This document shows, piece by piece, positions 12,376 to 25,561 of a stretch of DNA of 64,000 nt. The stretch's first letter is position 1. Each line of letters opens with the position of its first letter. Source of the stretch: Octopus vulgaris (taxonomy: Eukaryota); NCBI GenBank assembly GCA_951406725.2, contig OX597827.1, positions 32,736,001 to 32,800,000 of the forward strand. The letters run 5' to 3'. The translations under genes were made by a program, and so were the position numbers. The notes beneath the pieces are model-generated. The model was not told where the DNA came from. It searched no databases and was given only the letters and a program-made list of their open reading frames with translations.

Positions 12376-12853
12376 TATATTTTTGTGCCTAAGATTCTGG
12401 GATGGCCACTCCAGTGGAGGACAAATTAAACTCAATTGAAGTGTAACTGCCTTTGCATTTATTGCTAGTGATGTGCACTCTGGGTTTGTCGTTAACAGCT
12501 AAAAAATTGTTTTCTGTGCAACACTTCCCGGCTTTTACAGTGAATTATCATTTTCCCTCAAGGCATGACATGGAGGGTTCTCGTCAATTCAAAGAAACAG
12601 TAGCGGGTTTTCTTCTGCAGATTTTGGTGTTGTATAAAGCAGGTTGGCATGACTCTCTTTTACTTGCTCGTTACTTGTTTCAGTCATTTGACTGTGGCCA
12701 TGCTGGAGCACCACCTTTAGTCGAGCAAATCAACCCCAGGACTTATTCTTTGTAAGCCTAGTACTTATTCTATCGCTCGCTTTTGCCACACCAGCATCAG
12801 TTGTCAAGCGATGTTGGAGGGACAAACACAGGCACACAAACATATACACACCC

Positions 12854-12902
<49 letters not shown>

Positions 12903-13055
12903 TACAACGGGCTTCTTTTAGTTTCCATCTACCAAATCCACTAATGTAGAATTTCATTCTTTGACTCATTATACATGAGTAGATTTGTAGGAGTCAGCGC
13001 CGCACGTGTCATATAAACTGTTATTTTTTTCTGATATATTGTCCTTGTTGTTTAA

Positions 13056-13640
13056 CTCTTTTGATACCAACCTGCCAAAGACTGTCCCTCGCATCTATGA
13101 TATAAACTTCATGTTTCTAAGTGATATAAATTAAAACCTCCCATTAAAATTTCATGTTAATTTATGTTAATTTCATGTTAATTTATGTTCCAAACACCAG
13201 CTTAATAATGACAATTACTTTACTAAATTCTTCATTATTTTAAATATCAATTGAAACAAAAATAGTGTATTTTGATAGATATATGGTTAACAATGTGAAG
13301 GTGCATGGGTTAGTGGTAACAGGAATTTGGCTCATGATCATAAGGTCGTGGGTTCGATTCCCAGTTGTGCATTATGTCCTTGAGCAAGACACTTTATTTC
13401 ACATTGTTCCAATCTACTCAGCTGGTAGAAATGAGTTGTGTTTGTATTTCAAAGGGCCAGCCTTGTTACATCCTGTGTCATGCTGAATCTCCCAGAGAAC
13501 TACGTTAAGGGTACTCGTGTCTGTGGAGTACTCAGCCACTTGCACATTAATTTCATAAACAGGCTGTTCCACTGATCAGCTCAATTGGAACCCTTGTCAT
13601 TGTAAGCAGTGGAGTGCCAGTTATATGGCTAACAAAAGGG
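13056..13640. mobile_element. piggyBac-like MITE with nested tRNA-SINE (family D)
   Basis: TTAA|CTCTTTTGATACC...AACAAAAGGG|TTAA. The SINE at ~13296-13621 is flanked by a near-duplicate TATATGG(T/C)TAACAA (13280-13293 / 13622-13635). Confidence 0.75.
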
Positions 13641-13759
13641 TTAATACTTATATCAGCTGTTGACCCAAAAGTGCTCCAGCCATGACCATCACATCTTTCA
13701 TTTAGACATCCTGATCCAATGCAGTGTTAGATTCTTGAGTTTATTTATAATCCATTTTC

Positions 13760-13965
13760 TTATAGGCACAAGTCTTAAAATTTATGGGGAGGGAGATAGT
13801 CGATTACCTCAACCCCAGTACTCAACTAGTACTTCATTTATCAACCCCGAAAGGAAGAAAGGTAAAGTTGACCTCAGCTGAATTTCAACTCAGAACATAA
13901 CAACGGGTGAAATACTGCTAAGCATTTTGTCCAGCGTGCTAACAATTCTGTCAGCTCACAACCTT

Positions 13966-14002
<37 letters not shown>

Positions 14003-14185
14003 TTTCAAATTTTTGCCATAAAGGCAGCTTGGGGGAGGGGATTTAAGTTGATTACATCGATGACCCTGAAAGGATAAAAGGTAAAGTTGAACTCGGCAGA
14101 ATTTGAGCTCAGAACATAGCGATGGGTGAAATACTTCTAAGCATTTCGTCCAGCATGCTAACGGTTCTGTCAGCTCACCACCTTA
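13760..14185 (-). mobile_element. Two SINE-A copies, minus strand
   Basis: Reverse complement of the family A body; (AAT)n between the copies. More copies at ~22580-22785, 42985-43195, 48940-49290 (minus) and 29105-29350, 32800-33005, 59550-59760 (plus). Confidence 0.8.
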
Positions 14186-14359
14186 GTCTATTACAATGTT
14201 ATAATGTTATGGAGGTGTGATTTTAAAGAAAATTTAGCTGTTATTTCTTGCAAATCGAGTGATCATGTAATGGTTCCTTCATTGGTTCATGCTCAAATGT
14301 GCTTTTAATGTGTACTTTTTCACAGTTTCATGTTGAAAATAGAAAGAAAAGACAGTGAG

Positions 14360-14823
14360 CACGTTTGTGTGCATGTGTGTATATGCGTATATGAACATAT
14401 ACACATATGTTCAACTGTTTATAGTCTCTCATGTGCTCTAAGCTATTATTGTGTTCATACGGGTTTTATAGAATTTCAAATGGGAAAAAATAATGATGGA
14501 GGATGAAATAATAAGTGTATATATGTGTGTGTATATATATGTGTGTGTTTATATATTATTCATAGCATCACGATAGCTAAAAGCTGTTTTACTATGTTGA
14601 GAAAGAGTGTTAAAGTGTATAATATATGAAGGCATGTATGTATGTAAAAGAGAATTTATACAAATGTGAACATATATGTATGTATATGAGTGCACACATA
14701 CACATGCACATATATACATATGACTGGGTGTATATTTATAACATATATATATGTACATATGTGAGTATGTGTGTATATATATACATGCGTGAATATGTAT
14801 GTATATATATGTGTGTATATATA

Positions 14824-14878
<55 letters not shown>

Positions 14879-15797
14879 TCATTTGTGTGGGTGGGAGAGT
14901 GGGAGGGGTATTGTTCTTCATGGTTTTCCATGGCTTCACATGTGCTATAAGCTGTGTTATTACATTCATAATATCTTCTGTAGAATTTCATATTGGAAAA
15001 ATATAAAAGGAAAATGTTGTATGTGTGTAGGAGTGGTGGTGGTGGTGGGGGCGTATTATCTGCGTGGGTGTTTGTGTGTCTGTGTACGTTTATGTGTGTG
15101 TGTGTGTGCTGGAGTTAGGAAGGATATTACAGTGTCATGATTGCTATTAGCTGTCTTATTGTGTTCAGAAAGAAAGAGAGAGAGAGAGAGAGAAGTGGGA
15201 GAGGTGGGAAATGAGAGAAATACGGAAAGATGGTGGTGGTGGAGGGACATGAGAGAGAGAGGGAAATAAAGATGAGGGAGAGTCGGAGAGAAGGGGAGAT
15301 AGCAGATACAAAAAGAGAGGGCGAAAGAAACTGAAGTGAAATTGAGCGTGTATATGGGAAGCATCTTTACATATGTTGACATGATTATCATTTACACATA
15401 TGTAAGTACAAGTATGCATGTGTGTGTCCCCAAAAGCACATATGCAGATGCATTTGTGTGAGTATATATAACTACACACATACACACATATATATATAAG
15501 TAGGCATATGAACACACTTATGGTTATATTATATATATGTATATGTAAGTGTACAAATGTGTATATTCTTTTATTCTTTTATTTGTTTCAGTCATTTGAC
15601 TGCAGCCATGCTGGAGCACCACCTTTAGTTAAACAAATTGACCTCAGGACTTATTCTATCGGTCTCTTTTGCCGAACTGCTAAGTTACAGTTATGTAAAC
15701 ACAGATACACACAAATATAGACACATACACACATATACATATACACACACACATATATATATGTATATATATATATATAAATATATATATATATATT

Positions 15798-15829
<32 letters not shown>

Positions 15830-16471
15830 AATATACAGCAGGTTTCTTTCCATCTACCAAATCCACACACAAGGCTTTGGTTGGCCGAGGCTATAGGTGC
15901 CACACAGTGGGACTGAATCCAGAACCATGTGGTTGGTAAGCAAGCTACATACTACACACCCACTCCTGCGCGTATATATATATTGTGTATATCTATATAC
16001 ACTGTGTATGTATGCATGTATATGCATATGTATATATATGTGTGTATTGGTGTGTGTATGTGCATATGCTTATAAATATGTGATTATCAATGTATGAGTA
16101 TGTGTAGGCACATGCGTGCATATATGTATTTATGTGCTTGTGTGTGTGTAAATGTTTATGAATGTATTTGTATGTTTGAACATATTTGTGCATATGATTC
16201 TGTATGTATGTATATAGTATGTGAGTGTGTGTCTGTATGTTTGTACATGTGTATACATATATGCATACGTGTGTGTGTGTATGTGTTTGTGTGCATGTGT
16301 ATAGGTGTGTGTGTGTGTGTGTGTGCTTACATGAATGTTTATGTTGGCTCATAATACACACACGTACACACACACACACACACATACACCGCACTCGTAT
16401 ATGTCTGGTAATCTGAGTACATATGCACACACAGCACTCATATATGTTTATGTGCAGGCGTGTGTGTGCGC

Positions 16472-16555
<84 letters not shown>
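14360..16555. repeat. Compound (TA)n/(TG)n/(GA)n microsatellite field (representative of many in the window)
   Basis: Dinucleotide runs; similar fields at 2330-2900, 23970-25560, 38780-39490, 43770-44640, 57410-57840 and 63155-63360. Confidence 0.95.
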
Positions 16556-16556
<1 letters not shown>

Positions 16557-16594
16557 TCTCTCGTAATGTATGTTTTGTTCGTTAATAAATACTC

Positions 16595-16870
16595 CTTCCC
16601 ACTTCCGCAATTTTTATTGGCCTCAACAAAGAAAAACCTAAATAATTTAAGCATTGAAACTGTTTTCCTCCCTCCAGAGACAACCAACAACATCCTTCCA
16701 CGACACATTGTTGAATTCGCCGACCACTGACCGGTTACTGCTGCGGCGGAGGCAGCGGCGGAAGCGTCAAACATTCACCACCTCACAATAAACATTATTG
16801 ATGAGGACTCCGTTTATACGCGGCGGCGGCTCCTCCGTGTTCCGTCATCGACTCCACCGCCCCCCTTGGG
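16595..16870. promoter_or_regulatory. CpG/GC-rich non-repetitive patch, candidate promoter or 5' exon
   Basis: GCGGCGGAGGCAGCGGCGG and CGCGGCGGCGG runs plus an ETS-like CACTTCCG at ~16600, in a CpG-poor background. Confidence 0.45.
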
Positions 16871-17125
16871 AGACAGACAATACATATTAAGTTTTTTAGA
16901 GACAGTGGGACGAGAGGGATGGAGAGAGAGAGAGTGAGGGAAAGAGGGGGAGAGAGAGATCAATGAGATGTGGGTAGAGGATAGAGAGTAGTAACAAGAG
17001 ATAGCGCAAACTATCGTACACACACACACACACACATGTATGTATATATGTACAAGTCTATATATATGTGTATTTAACTATCTCTATCTAACCATTTCTC
17101 TCTATATATATAAATATATTATTAA

Positions 17126-17174
<49 letters not shown>

Positions 17175-17544
17175 TGAGGCATGAAGAGAGAGAGAAAGAA
17201 AGAGAACATTAGGCATAAGGAAGAAAGAGACAGATGAGACAGTGAGAGAAAGAGAGAGGGGGGAGAGAATATTGGTTGGAGGTGGTGGCAAAACATTCCT
17301 TTGAGAATGGAATAAATTCCATCACTTCTCCCTGCCATTTCCTCCTTGGCACCATATATTTAGGAATGAAGAATTTATGACCTATTAACATTGTACAGTG
17401 TTGACACTATGGCATTGTTGGGAGGATAAGTCTCTGTAATGTGGTTTCAATTTGTAATTGCATCTACATGATTGATATATTGTGCATATGTATAAGATAT
17501 ACATGTATTTATATGTTATACATTGATATATATATATATATAAG

Positions 17545-17880
17545 TGAAGGTACATGGCTCAGTGGTTGGAGTGTTGAGCTTACAATCATGAGGTTGTGAG
17601 TTTGATTCCCAGACCGGGCTGTGTGTTGTGTTCTTGAGCAAGACACTTTATTTCACGTTGCTCCAGTTCACTCAGGTGTAGAAATGAGTTGCGATGTCAC
17701 TGGTTCCAAGCTGTATTGACCTCTTTGCCTTTGCCTTGGATAACACTGGTGGCATGTAGAGGGGAGGCTGGTATGCATGGGCAACTGCTGGCCTTCCACA
17801 AACAACCTTGCTCAGACTTGTGCCTCAGAGGGTAACTTTCTAGGTGCAATCCTATGGTCATGAATGACCGAAGGGGGTCT
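17545..17880 (+). mobile_element. tRNA-derived SINE family D
   Basis: TGGCTCAGTGG A-box, GTTTGATTCC B-box, TTCTTGAGCAAGACACTTTATTTCAC body. Related copies at ~22265-22530, 23625-23958(-), 25979-26225, 40337-40648, 40743-40940, 54140-54335(-). Confidence 0.8.
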
Positions 17881-18289
17881 CCTCCTCCTTCTGTGTATAT
17901 AAATCCAAAAAATTGAACAAGAAAGCAACAGGCAACAATAAAAGATCTGGACAGATAAACAATACAAAGACAGACAGGAAAAATATGGACACTCACAGTC
18001 TTCTCTCATCAGTCAAGTTTCTAAATCATCCTTACAGTTTTGGCCAGTTACACTTGAGACTGTTCAAATCTGGCTGGCCCCAAAAATCTAAGCTAAGAGC
18101 ATTAAATTTTTTGGGAGAAAGCAAATAAATGTGTATGACAACAAAGACAAAAAAAAGTGGAGAAAATGTTACACAAATACAAACAACAAGAATATAACAA
18201 CAGGTGTCTTTCGACTAATAGAGACAAATCAAGTTGAGCTGGCATGTGTAGAATGAAGGCTTTGAGGCAGGAACATAAGAGATGAACGT

Positions 18290-19205
18290 AAGAGATGAAA
18301 GTCATGAGACGATAAGAGATGCTTCGCAGCCGGCAGTCAAGACAAGAAAGAAAGATAATGCATTTATGTGTGTGTGGAGTGAAGGATGTCATCACAGAAT
18401 ACCACCATGCTAAGCTACAATGGACCAGTCATGTCGTAAGGTTCACAGACAGTCCAGTGGACTTGTGCCGTCTTCTTCTTCTTCTTCTTCTACTATTCCT
18501 CCTCCTCCTCCTTCTCCTTCTTCTTCTTCTTCCAATCAGGACTCACGCCATTAGCCACAAAGAATAATCTCTAATGCGAGCCTACTCTGAGCTACTAAGA
18601 ATGCGTGTGGCAACTTGAAGATCCACCCACCACACGCGATAGACTGGCAGTTGCACGGGGTTCAAAAGTTACGTTGTTAACCTCATTCCGTAAACGGTGG
18701 CATTTAATGGGTGGAAAGCTGAACCATCCTGGGGTACAGAGGATTCGCAATCTAGACTAGGGTCTGAAAGTTTACCACACCATTGTGGGTTACACTATGG
18801 TTCCTCTGCTTTGTGGCAGAAGTAGGAAGAAAGAGTGTGAGAAAGTTGTGGTGAAAGGGGTTCACACCCGCCCCCACCCCCACCGGAGCTTTGTGGAGCT
18901 TAGGTATTTTTGCTCAATAAACACTCACAATGCTCGGTCTGGGAATCAAAACGACGTTCTTACGCCCGCAAGTCCACTGCCTTAACCACTGGGCCATTGT
19001 GCCTCCACTGGTGCTGCCATTGATTGGTACCCATGTGAACAGAAGAGGCCACTTAGATGAAGGCCTCCAGTCAGGTGGAAAGATGATTTGAGTAAGATGT
19101 TTGTAACAACGTGGAGGAGAACGGCAAGCACATGAAGGGAATGGAGCAAATGCTGTGGCCAGCAGAGCTGACTCAGTACCACACTGCCTGGCTAATCCAG
19201 GTGAT
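18290..19205 (+). mobile_element. RTE-clade LINE 3' fragment interrupted by an insertion (~18455-19010, including SINE C)
   Basis: KLQWTSHVVRFTDS before the insertion and IDWYPCEQKRPLR*RPPVRWKDDL after it, typical RTE C-terminal motifs. Confidence 0.65.
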
Positions 19206-19499
19206 CCAGGATATATATATATCATCATCATCATCATCCTCATTTAATGTCTGCCTTCCATGCTGGCATGGGTGGGGCAGTTTGACAAGAGCTGGCCAGG
19301 CAGAAGCCTGCACAAAACATCTGTGACTGTTTTTGCAGGATTTTTACAGCTGGATGCCCTTCATAACACCAACCACTTAGTACAGTGGACTCAGTGTTTT
19401 TTACATGGCACAAACACAGGTGAGGTCAGTTTTGGCAAGGTTTTGGCAAAATGCTTAATCTCACATTGTTCTGCGATCACTTTGACACCTGGCGTGTTG

Positions 19500-20667
19500 C
19501 ATATCAATTTGATTGATAGCTTATTTATGCCGGTGGGGAAGAATTCTGGAGAGCAAGGGGTGATGAAATCAGAAAAGGCTGTTTTTGCATCTTCTTCAGA
19601 TTTGAAGTTTTTCCCTTGCAAAAAGTTGTTTAATGCCTGGAAAATGTGATAGTCAGTTGCTGCAAGGTCTGGTGAATATGGTGGATGACAGTATTTTCAA
19701 GTTTAGTTCCTGTAACTTGAGTAGCGTTCTTTGTGCAACATGTGGTCAAGCATTATCTTGCAAGAGAATTGGCCTGTCTCTGTTGACCAATCTCAGTTGT
19801 TTAATTGTTGTTTAATTTCATCCAGTTGGTTGTTATATACATCCGCTGTAATTGGCTTACCAGATCTCATGAAGCTGTTGTGGATGACACACGCATTAGA
19901 CCACCAAAGAGACACCATTAGCCATTTTTGGTGAATATTCCTTTTTGGATTGTGTTTTGGCACTTTGTCTCTATCCAACCACCATGCAGAATGCTCACTG
20001 TTGTTGAAAAGAATCCATTTTGCATCACATGTAACAACATGATATAAAAATGGTTCGCTTTTATGCCATGGCAGCAAAGAACAGCAAGTTTGAAGATGAC
20101 GTGACATTTGATGCTCATTCAGTTCATGTGGTACCCACTTGTCCAGCTTCTTTCCCTTGCTGATTTGTTTCAGATGGTCCAGTGCAGGTGGAATTGAAAC
20201 ATCAAACCTTGCTGCTAACTCACGCATAGTTTGAGATATATCCACTTCCACTACAGTTTCCAGCTCATCATTATCCACTTGGGTCTCAGGTCTACCATGG
20301 GGCTGATTTTCACAAGAGAAGTCACCAGACCGGAACCTCTCAAACCATCAGCATACAGTGCACTCATTCGCTACATCGTCACCAAACACCTTATTGATGT
20401 TTCAAGCTGTCTGGGTTGCATTGGTTCTGCAATGGAACTGATATTCATAAACAACAAGAATTTTTGATCTATCCATGGGTTCACAAAAAATTATTTACTA
20501 GTAAAAACTCACAATATAACCAGACACCATGAATTGCATTTCGAAAAGTGATGATGTAACTCTTCAATATTGTAAAACAAAGAATTGTCAGGATAAAACA
20601 TTAAAGTTAATAACTGCCAAACTTGGTACATAAGAAAATCAGACATTTCATTCTTAATGACCTGATA
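19500..20667 (-). mobile_element. Decayed mariner (DD34D) transposon
   Basis: WVPHEL, VTCDAKW and HPPYSPDLAATDYHIF motifs across frameshifts; 5' TIR-like TATCAGGTCATTAAGAATGAAATGTC next to TA at 20668-20669; 3' end truncated. Confidence 0.9.
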
Positions 20668-20899
20668 TAAGATTGAGGCAAACATCTTTCTCCATGTGAT
20701 CGGCTTGAAGAATTGTTAAGGCACTAGGACATTTTCCTACTTTACTTAACATGAAATCAATGGTGGCCTTAATTCACAAATAAAGAAATTATATCCACCT
20801 TTAATGTAGTTCTCACTCCAAATGCTTGGAAAGTAAACTTATTGCCACATGACCATATCTGCACATTCTCTTCTTTTTTTTTTCTTTTGTCTTTGCTAG

Positions 20900-20934
20900 G
20901 ATTTTGAGGAAGATTTGGCAGCTAATTCCAGCAG
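20900..20934 (+). other. Possible short exon
   Basis: Long polypyrimidine tract ending in CTAG (AG at 20898-20899) and a CAG|GTTGAG donor-like site. Confidence 0.25.
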
Positions 20935-21712
20935 GTTGAGTGCTAGAATAGAATCTCTCTCATTGCCCACCATCACCACAGTCATTATCAGGAAGAGGTG
21001 GTGGAGAGGAAGAAGGGAAGAGAAGGAACGGGGAGGGAATAGCAGGAGGTGGAGGAGAAAGTATGCCAGGTGCTTTCTAAGTAACTTAGCACAATTGTTT
21101 CATATTAATCTATCAAATGTGTTATCTTTGTGGCTGACACTAGATTCCAGTTAAATTTACTACTGTCACACCTTATTGTTTATGATCCTCTTTGGTACTT
21201 CCCCCCCCCCCCCCCACACACACACACACACTGATAAGAACACAGGTGGAGGGGGGAGTTTTACTAATCCACTTTACCTGGGTTCATAAAGTAAATGCAG
21301 AATTTTCTTTTTGTTATTGTTATTTCAGTCATTTGACTGTGGCCATGCTGGAGCACCACCAGTACTTCTTTCTCTTTTTAAACTTGATACTTATTCTATT
21401 GATCTCATTTGCTGAGCCATTAAGTTATGGGGATGTAAACAAACCAGCTACAGTTGCCAAGTAGTGGAGAGGTTCAAACATATACAAAAACACACACATA
21501 CATACACACACACATGCATACACACACACATACACTCACACATACATACATACATATGTACATACATACATACATGACACCACCAGATTGAATGGTACTG
21601 CTCAGGTGTTGAAACCATAATGATATCCGTGGGGTAGCTGATGATGGAAATATGCTGGATTGTTGGTATGGCTGTTTTTGTATATGTGGAACAGTATTAT
21701 AACATCCTTTTG

Positions 21713-21799
<87 letters not shown>

Positions 21800-22825
21800 T
21801 ATACACATGTGTATATGACAGTCTTCTTTCAGTTTTCATGTATCAAATCTACTCACAAGGCTTTGGTTGGCCCGAGGCCAAAGTAGAAGACTCTTACCCA
21901 GAGGGGCCAAAAAGAGTTTCACATTGGTTGGTACTGAAAAGGAGTCAAGAGCTTGTTGGGCTGGGGTGGAATGAGAGTATCAAGGGCCCTCAGGCATAAC
22001 TGTTTACTGGGCCCCTTAACATTGATTTAGTAGAGTTAACATGTAGAGTGTGTGCCCCTCGGACCTCTGGGCCTTTGAGCAGTGCCTGATTGACCATCCT
22101 AGACATTGTTAATGGAGAACTGGAAATGAATGGCATCATTTGAATGAGACTTTCGTTTATGACTAAGGAACATACATGAGGAACGAGGGGTAGTAGAAAC
22201 TCACACAAACACACATACACAGATGCACACACACACATATACATACATGTGCATGAGGGAGGGAGTGAAGGCCTGTAGCCTAGCGGTTAGGGTGTTGTAC
22301 TCACAATTGCAAGATTGTACTCACAATTGCAAGATTGTAGTTTCAATTCTCAGACTGGAAACGCATTGTGTTCTTGAGCGAATCACTTCATTTGCTGTTG
22401 CTCCAGTACACTTGTTTGTAAATGGGTCACCACCCTGTGACAGAATAGTCTTCTGTTTGGTTGAAATATCCACCTGCCTGCTAAACCAACAGGTAGCATC
22501 ATCCAAAAAAAACCACAACAGTGCAAGGAAGCGCATTGTGACTAGCGATATATAGCAACACCCAATAATCTTTTCCACTTTAGGAATAAGGCCTGAAATT
22601 TTGGTGGAGAGGGCCAGTCAATTAGATCAACCCCAGTATGCAACTGGTACTTAATTTATAGAGCCTGAAAAGATGAAAGGCAAAATCGACCTCAGCGGAA
22701 TTTGAATTCAGAACATAAAGACAGGCAAAATGTCACTAAGTATTTTGCCTGGCATGCTAACATTTCTGCCAGCTCACTGCCTTATCAGCACCCAATAATC
22801 TGATTGAGGCATTGATTTACGATAG

Positions 22826-23378
22826 CAGGGCTATGGAGTCAGAGTCGGAGTCAGAAACAACTAAGGGGTAGCTGGAGTTAGAGTCGAAGTCGGCAAAACT
22901 ATACCAACTCTGACTCCGACTCACAATATCTTTATTCTTTTTAATAAACTAGTTATAACATATAGGCCTACTCAAAGTACAAGCATATGCATATGCTTTA
23001 TGAGATATGTAGACCACAATCACTTAATTACATAAAGAGGAGTCGGAGTTGGAGGTGCCAATAGTAGAGGAGTCAGAGTCAGAGGTGCCAATAGTAGAGG
23101 AGTCGGAATCAGAGGTGCCAATAGTAGCGGAGTCAGAATCAGAGGTGCCAATAGTAGAGGAGATGGAGTCAGAGGTGTCAATAGTAGAGAAGTCGGGGTT
23201 AGAGGTGCCAATAGTAGAGGAGTCGGAATCAGACGTGCCAATAGTAGGAGTCGGAATCAGAGGTGCCAATAGTAAAGGAGTAGGAGTTAGAGGTGCCAAT
23301 AGTAGGGGAGTTGGATTCGGAGGTGCCAATAGTAGAGGAGTTAGAGTCAAAGTTTTTTGTTTCAACTCCACAGCCCTG
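22826..23378. mobile_element. hAT-like MITE with internal 30-bp minisatellite
   Basis: TIRs CAGGGCTATGGAGT / ACTCCACAGCCCTG; 8-bp TSD TACGATAG (22818-22825) / TATGATAG (23379-23386). Confidence 0.85.
23036..23350. repeat. 30-bp tandem repeat, about 10 units
   Basis: GAGGTGCCAATAGTAGAGGAGTCGGA(A/G)TCA unit. Confidence 0.95.
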
Positions 23379-23977
23379 TATGATAGGCTTCTTCAGTTTC
23401 TGTCTACTAGTTTCACTCATAAAGTACTGAATGACCCACAGCTATAGTACTACAGTACACCTGCTGAGAGCATCAATACAGTGGGGTCGAATTCTGAACC
23501 CCACAGCCACACCTGTGTAATCAGAAGGGGTATCGACTTAAGTACTTAATTGCTTGGTGTATTGACCTGTGTACTTTGCCTCGTTATCATTCAGTGTCCA
23601 TGTTCCACACACACACACACACACTTACTGGCGCTCCATCATTTACCATGACAAGAGTTCCACTTGATCCGATCAATGGAACAGCTTGCTCTTGAAATTA
23701 ACGTGCAAGTGGCTGAGTATTCCACAGCCATGCATACCCTTAATGTAGTTCTCAGGGAAATTGTGAGTGTGACACAGAATTTGACTTAGCTGGGCCCCCT
23801 TTGAAATTACAGGTACTACTCATTTTTGCCAGGCAAGTGGACTGGAACAACATGAAATAAAGTGCCTTGCTCAAGGACATGATACACTGCAAGGAACCAA
23901 ACTCACAACCTTGCGATGGTGAGCTGGTTTCCCTAACCACCAAGCCACATACCTTCACACATACTCACTTATATACC

Positions 23978-24024
<47 letters not shown>

Positions 24025-24199
24025 TACTACTAATATAGAATAAAGCCTTTTTAAAGAAAAAAATTTCATCAGAAAATACCTTTAAGGTTAAAATTTTAAC
24101 CGTATCATATATATATATATATATATATATATGATAGATCGTTAGCTCCTACACACATTTTTTTCTCTCCTTCTTTCTCTCCTTGTTTTTTTCTGTGTA

Positions 24200-24237
24200 T
24201 CTTTCTGTTGAAGAGCGTAGGCTCGAAACGTAAAAGA
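24200..24237 (+). ncRNA. Minimal hammerhead-like motif (variant core)
   Basis: UCUUU / CUGUUGA / A-GAGC-GUAG-GCUC / GAAAC-GUA^ / AAAGA, inside a TA-flanked element at 24132-24330. A more decayed copy lies at ~49600-49636. Confidence 0.5.
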
Positions 24238-24393
24238 CTTTTTCTATTCCTGAGCGCTATACTAATACATTTGTTTGTTTGTACTCCACCTGCCTTCATC
24301 TTTTGTTTATTTTCGTAAACTTTCCCTTTATATATATATATATATATACATACACATATATATATATATATATATACATACATATATACATAT

Positions 24394-24438
<45 letters not shown>

Positions 24439-24607
24439 TATACATGTATATTTGTCTTTCCTTTTCTCTTTTCCTTTCTTTTATTGGTTTCAGTTAGAGG
24501 TTTAGCCTATGCTGGAGCATGCTGGTAATGTGTATGCATGTGTATGTGTGTGACACATATATATATGTGTGTGTGTGTGTGTATTAAAGTTAGATAAGAC
24601 CGGTTTA

Positions 24608-24670
24608 TGGGATTACCTTAGGTTTCACGTCCATAAAGGGCTTAGCTTTATGATATATCATCGGATCCCA
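24608..24670 (-). ncRNA. Type I hammerhead ribozyme motif (U4C variant)
   Basis: Minus strand: UGGGAU / CCGAUGA / ..CAUAAAG-cuaagcc-CUUUAUG.. / GAA-ACC-uaa-GGU-A^ / AUCCCA. Confidence 0.6.
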
Positions 24671-24706
24671 AAAGCTGCTAGCTTAAGCCCTCTCTAGATA
24701 TGTGTG

Positions 24707-24808
<102 letters not shown>

Positions 24809-24843
24809 TATATACATATATATACATATATATATATATACAT

Positions 24844-24908
<65 letters not shown>

Positions 24909-24970
24909 TATACATATATATATATACATATATATAAGTATATATATATATATACATATATATATGTATG

Positions 24971-25023
<53 letters not shown>

Positions 25024-25053
25024 GTATGAATGTATGTATGTATATATATATGT

Positions 25054-25335
25054 ATTCTGTTGTGTCTAGGGAGAGTGATTTTCTTTTAGTGCTTTATAAT
25101 TTAACACACTCACCAGTAAAATTTCTACTTATTTCTTATTTTTATTTTCCTAAAATTTTCATTGCATCTTGCAACCTTTTCAATAGTCTTGACTCTGTCC
25201 GTTATTATTTACCGGTGAGTGTGTTAAATTATAAGGCACAAAAAGAAAATGATTCTCCCCAGACACAACAGAATATGCTTCAACATATGAACTCACATAA
25301 AGAATCTTGCAAACCAAATCAAAAAACGAAATATA
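25054..25335. mobile_element. TA-flanked fold-back element, copy 1
   Basis: Arms TATTCTGTTGTGTCT..CACTCACCAGTAAA (~25054-25119) and the reverse complement (~25208-25275); homologous to 63591-63912. Confidence 0.75.
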
Positions 25336-25524
25336 TATGTCTGTATGTATGTAGATATATATATTCATATGTAAATTTGTATATATAAACATATGATGGT
25401 GATGATGATAAAATCACACATGTATGTGTGTCTGTGTGTGTACACAGACACATACATGTATCTATACATATGTGTGTATGTATGCATATATACACACACA
25501 TACATACATACATTCAGGCACACA

Positions 25525-25561
<37 letters not shown>

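Noticed and set aside
17985-18085. Minus-strand CUGAUGA and GGCCAG/CUGGCC-AAAAC-U-GUA as further hammerheads
   Set aside because: The core halves are not in the correct order and spacing with pairing stems. The isolated CUGAUGA at ~24066-24072(-) likewise lacks a GAAA partner.
23049-23447. ORF MEVPIVEESESE... repeat protein
   Set aside because: Artefact of a 30-bp (frame-preserving) minisatellite inside a MITE with TIRs and TSD.
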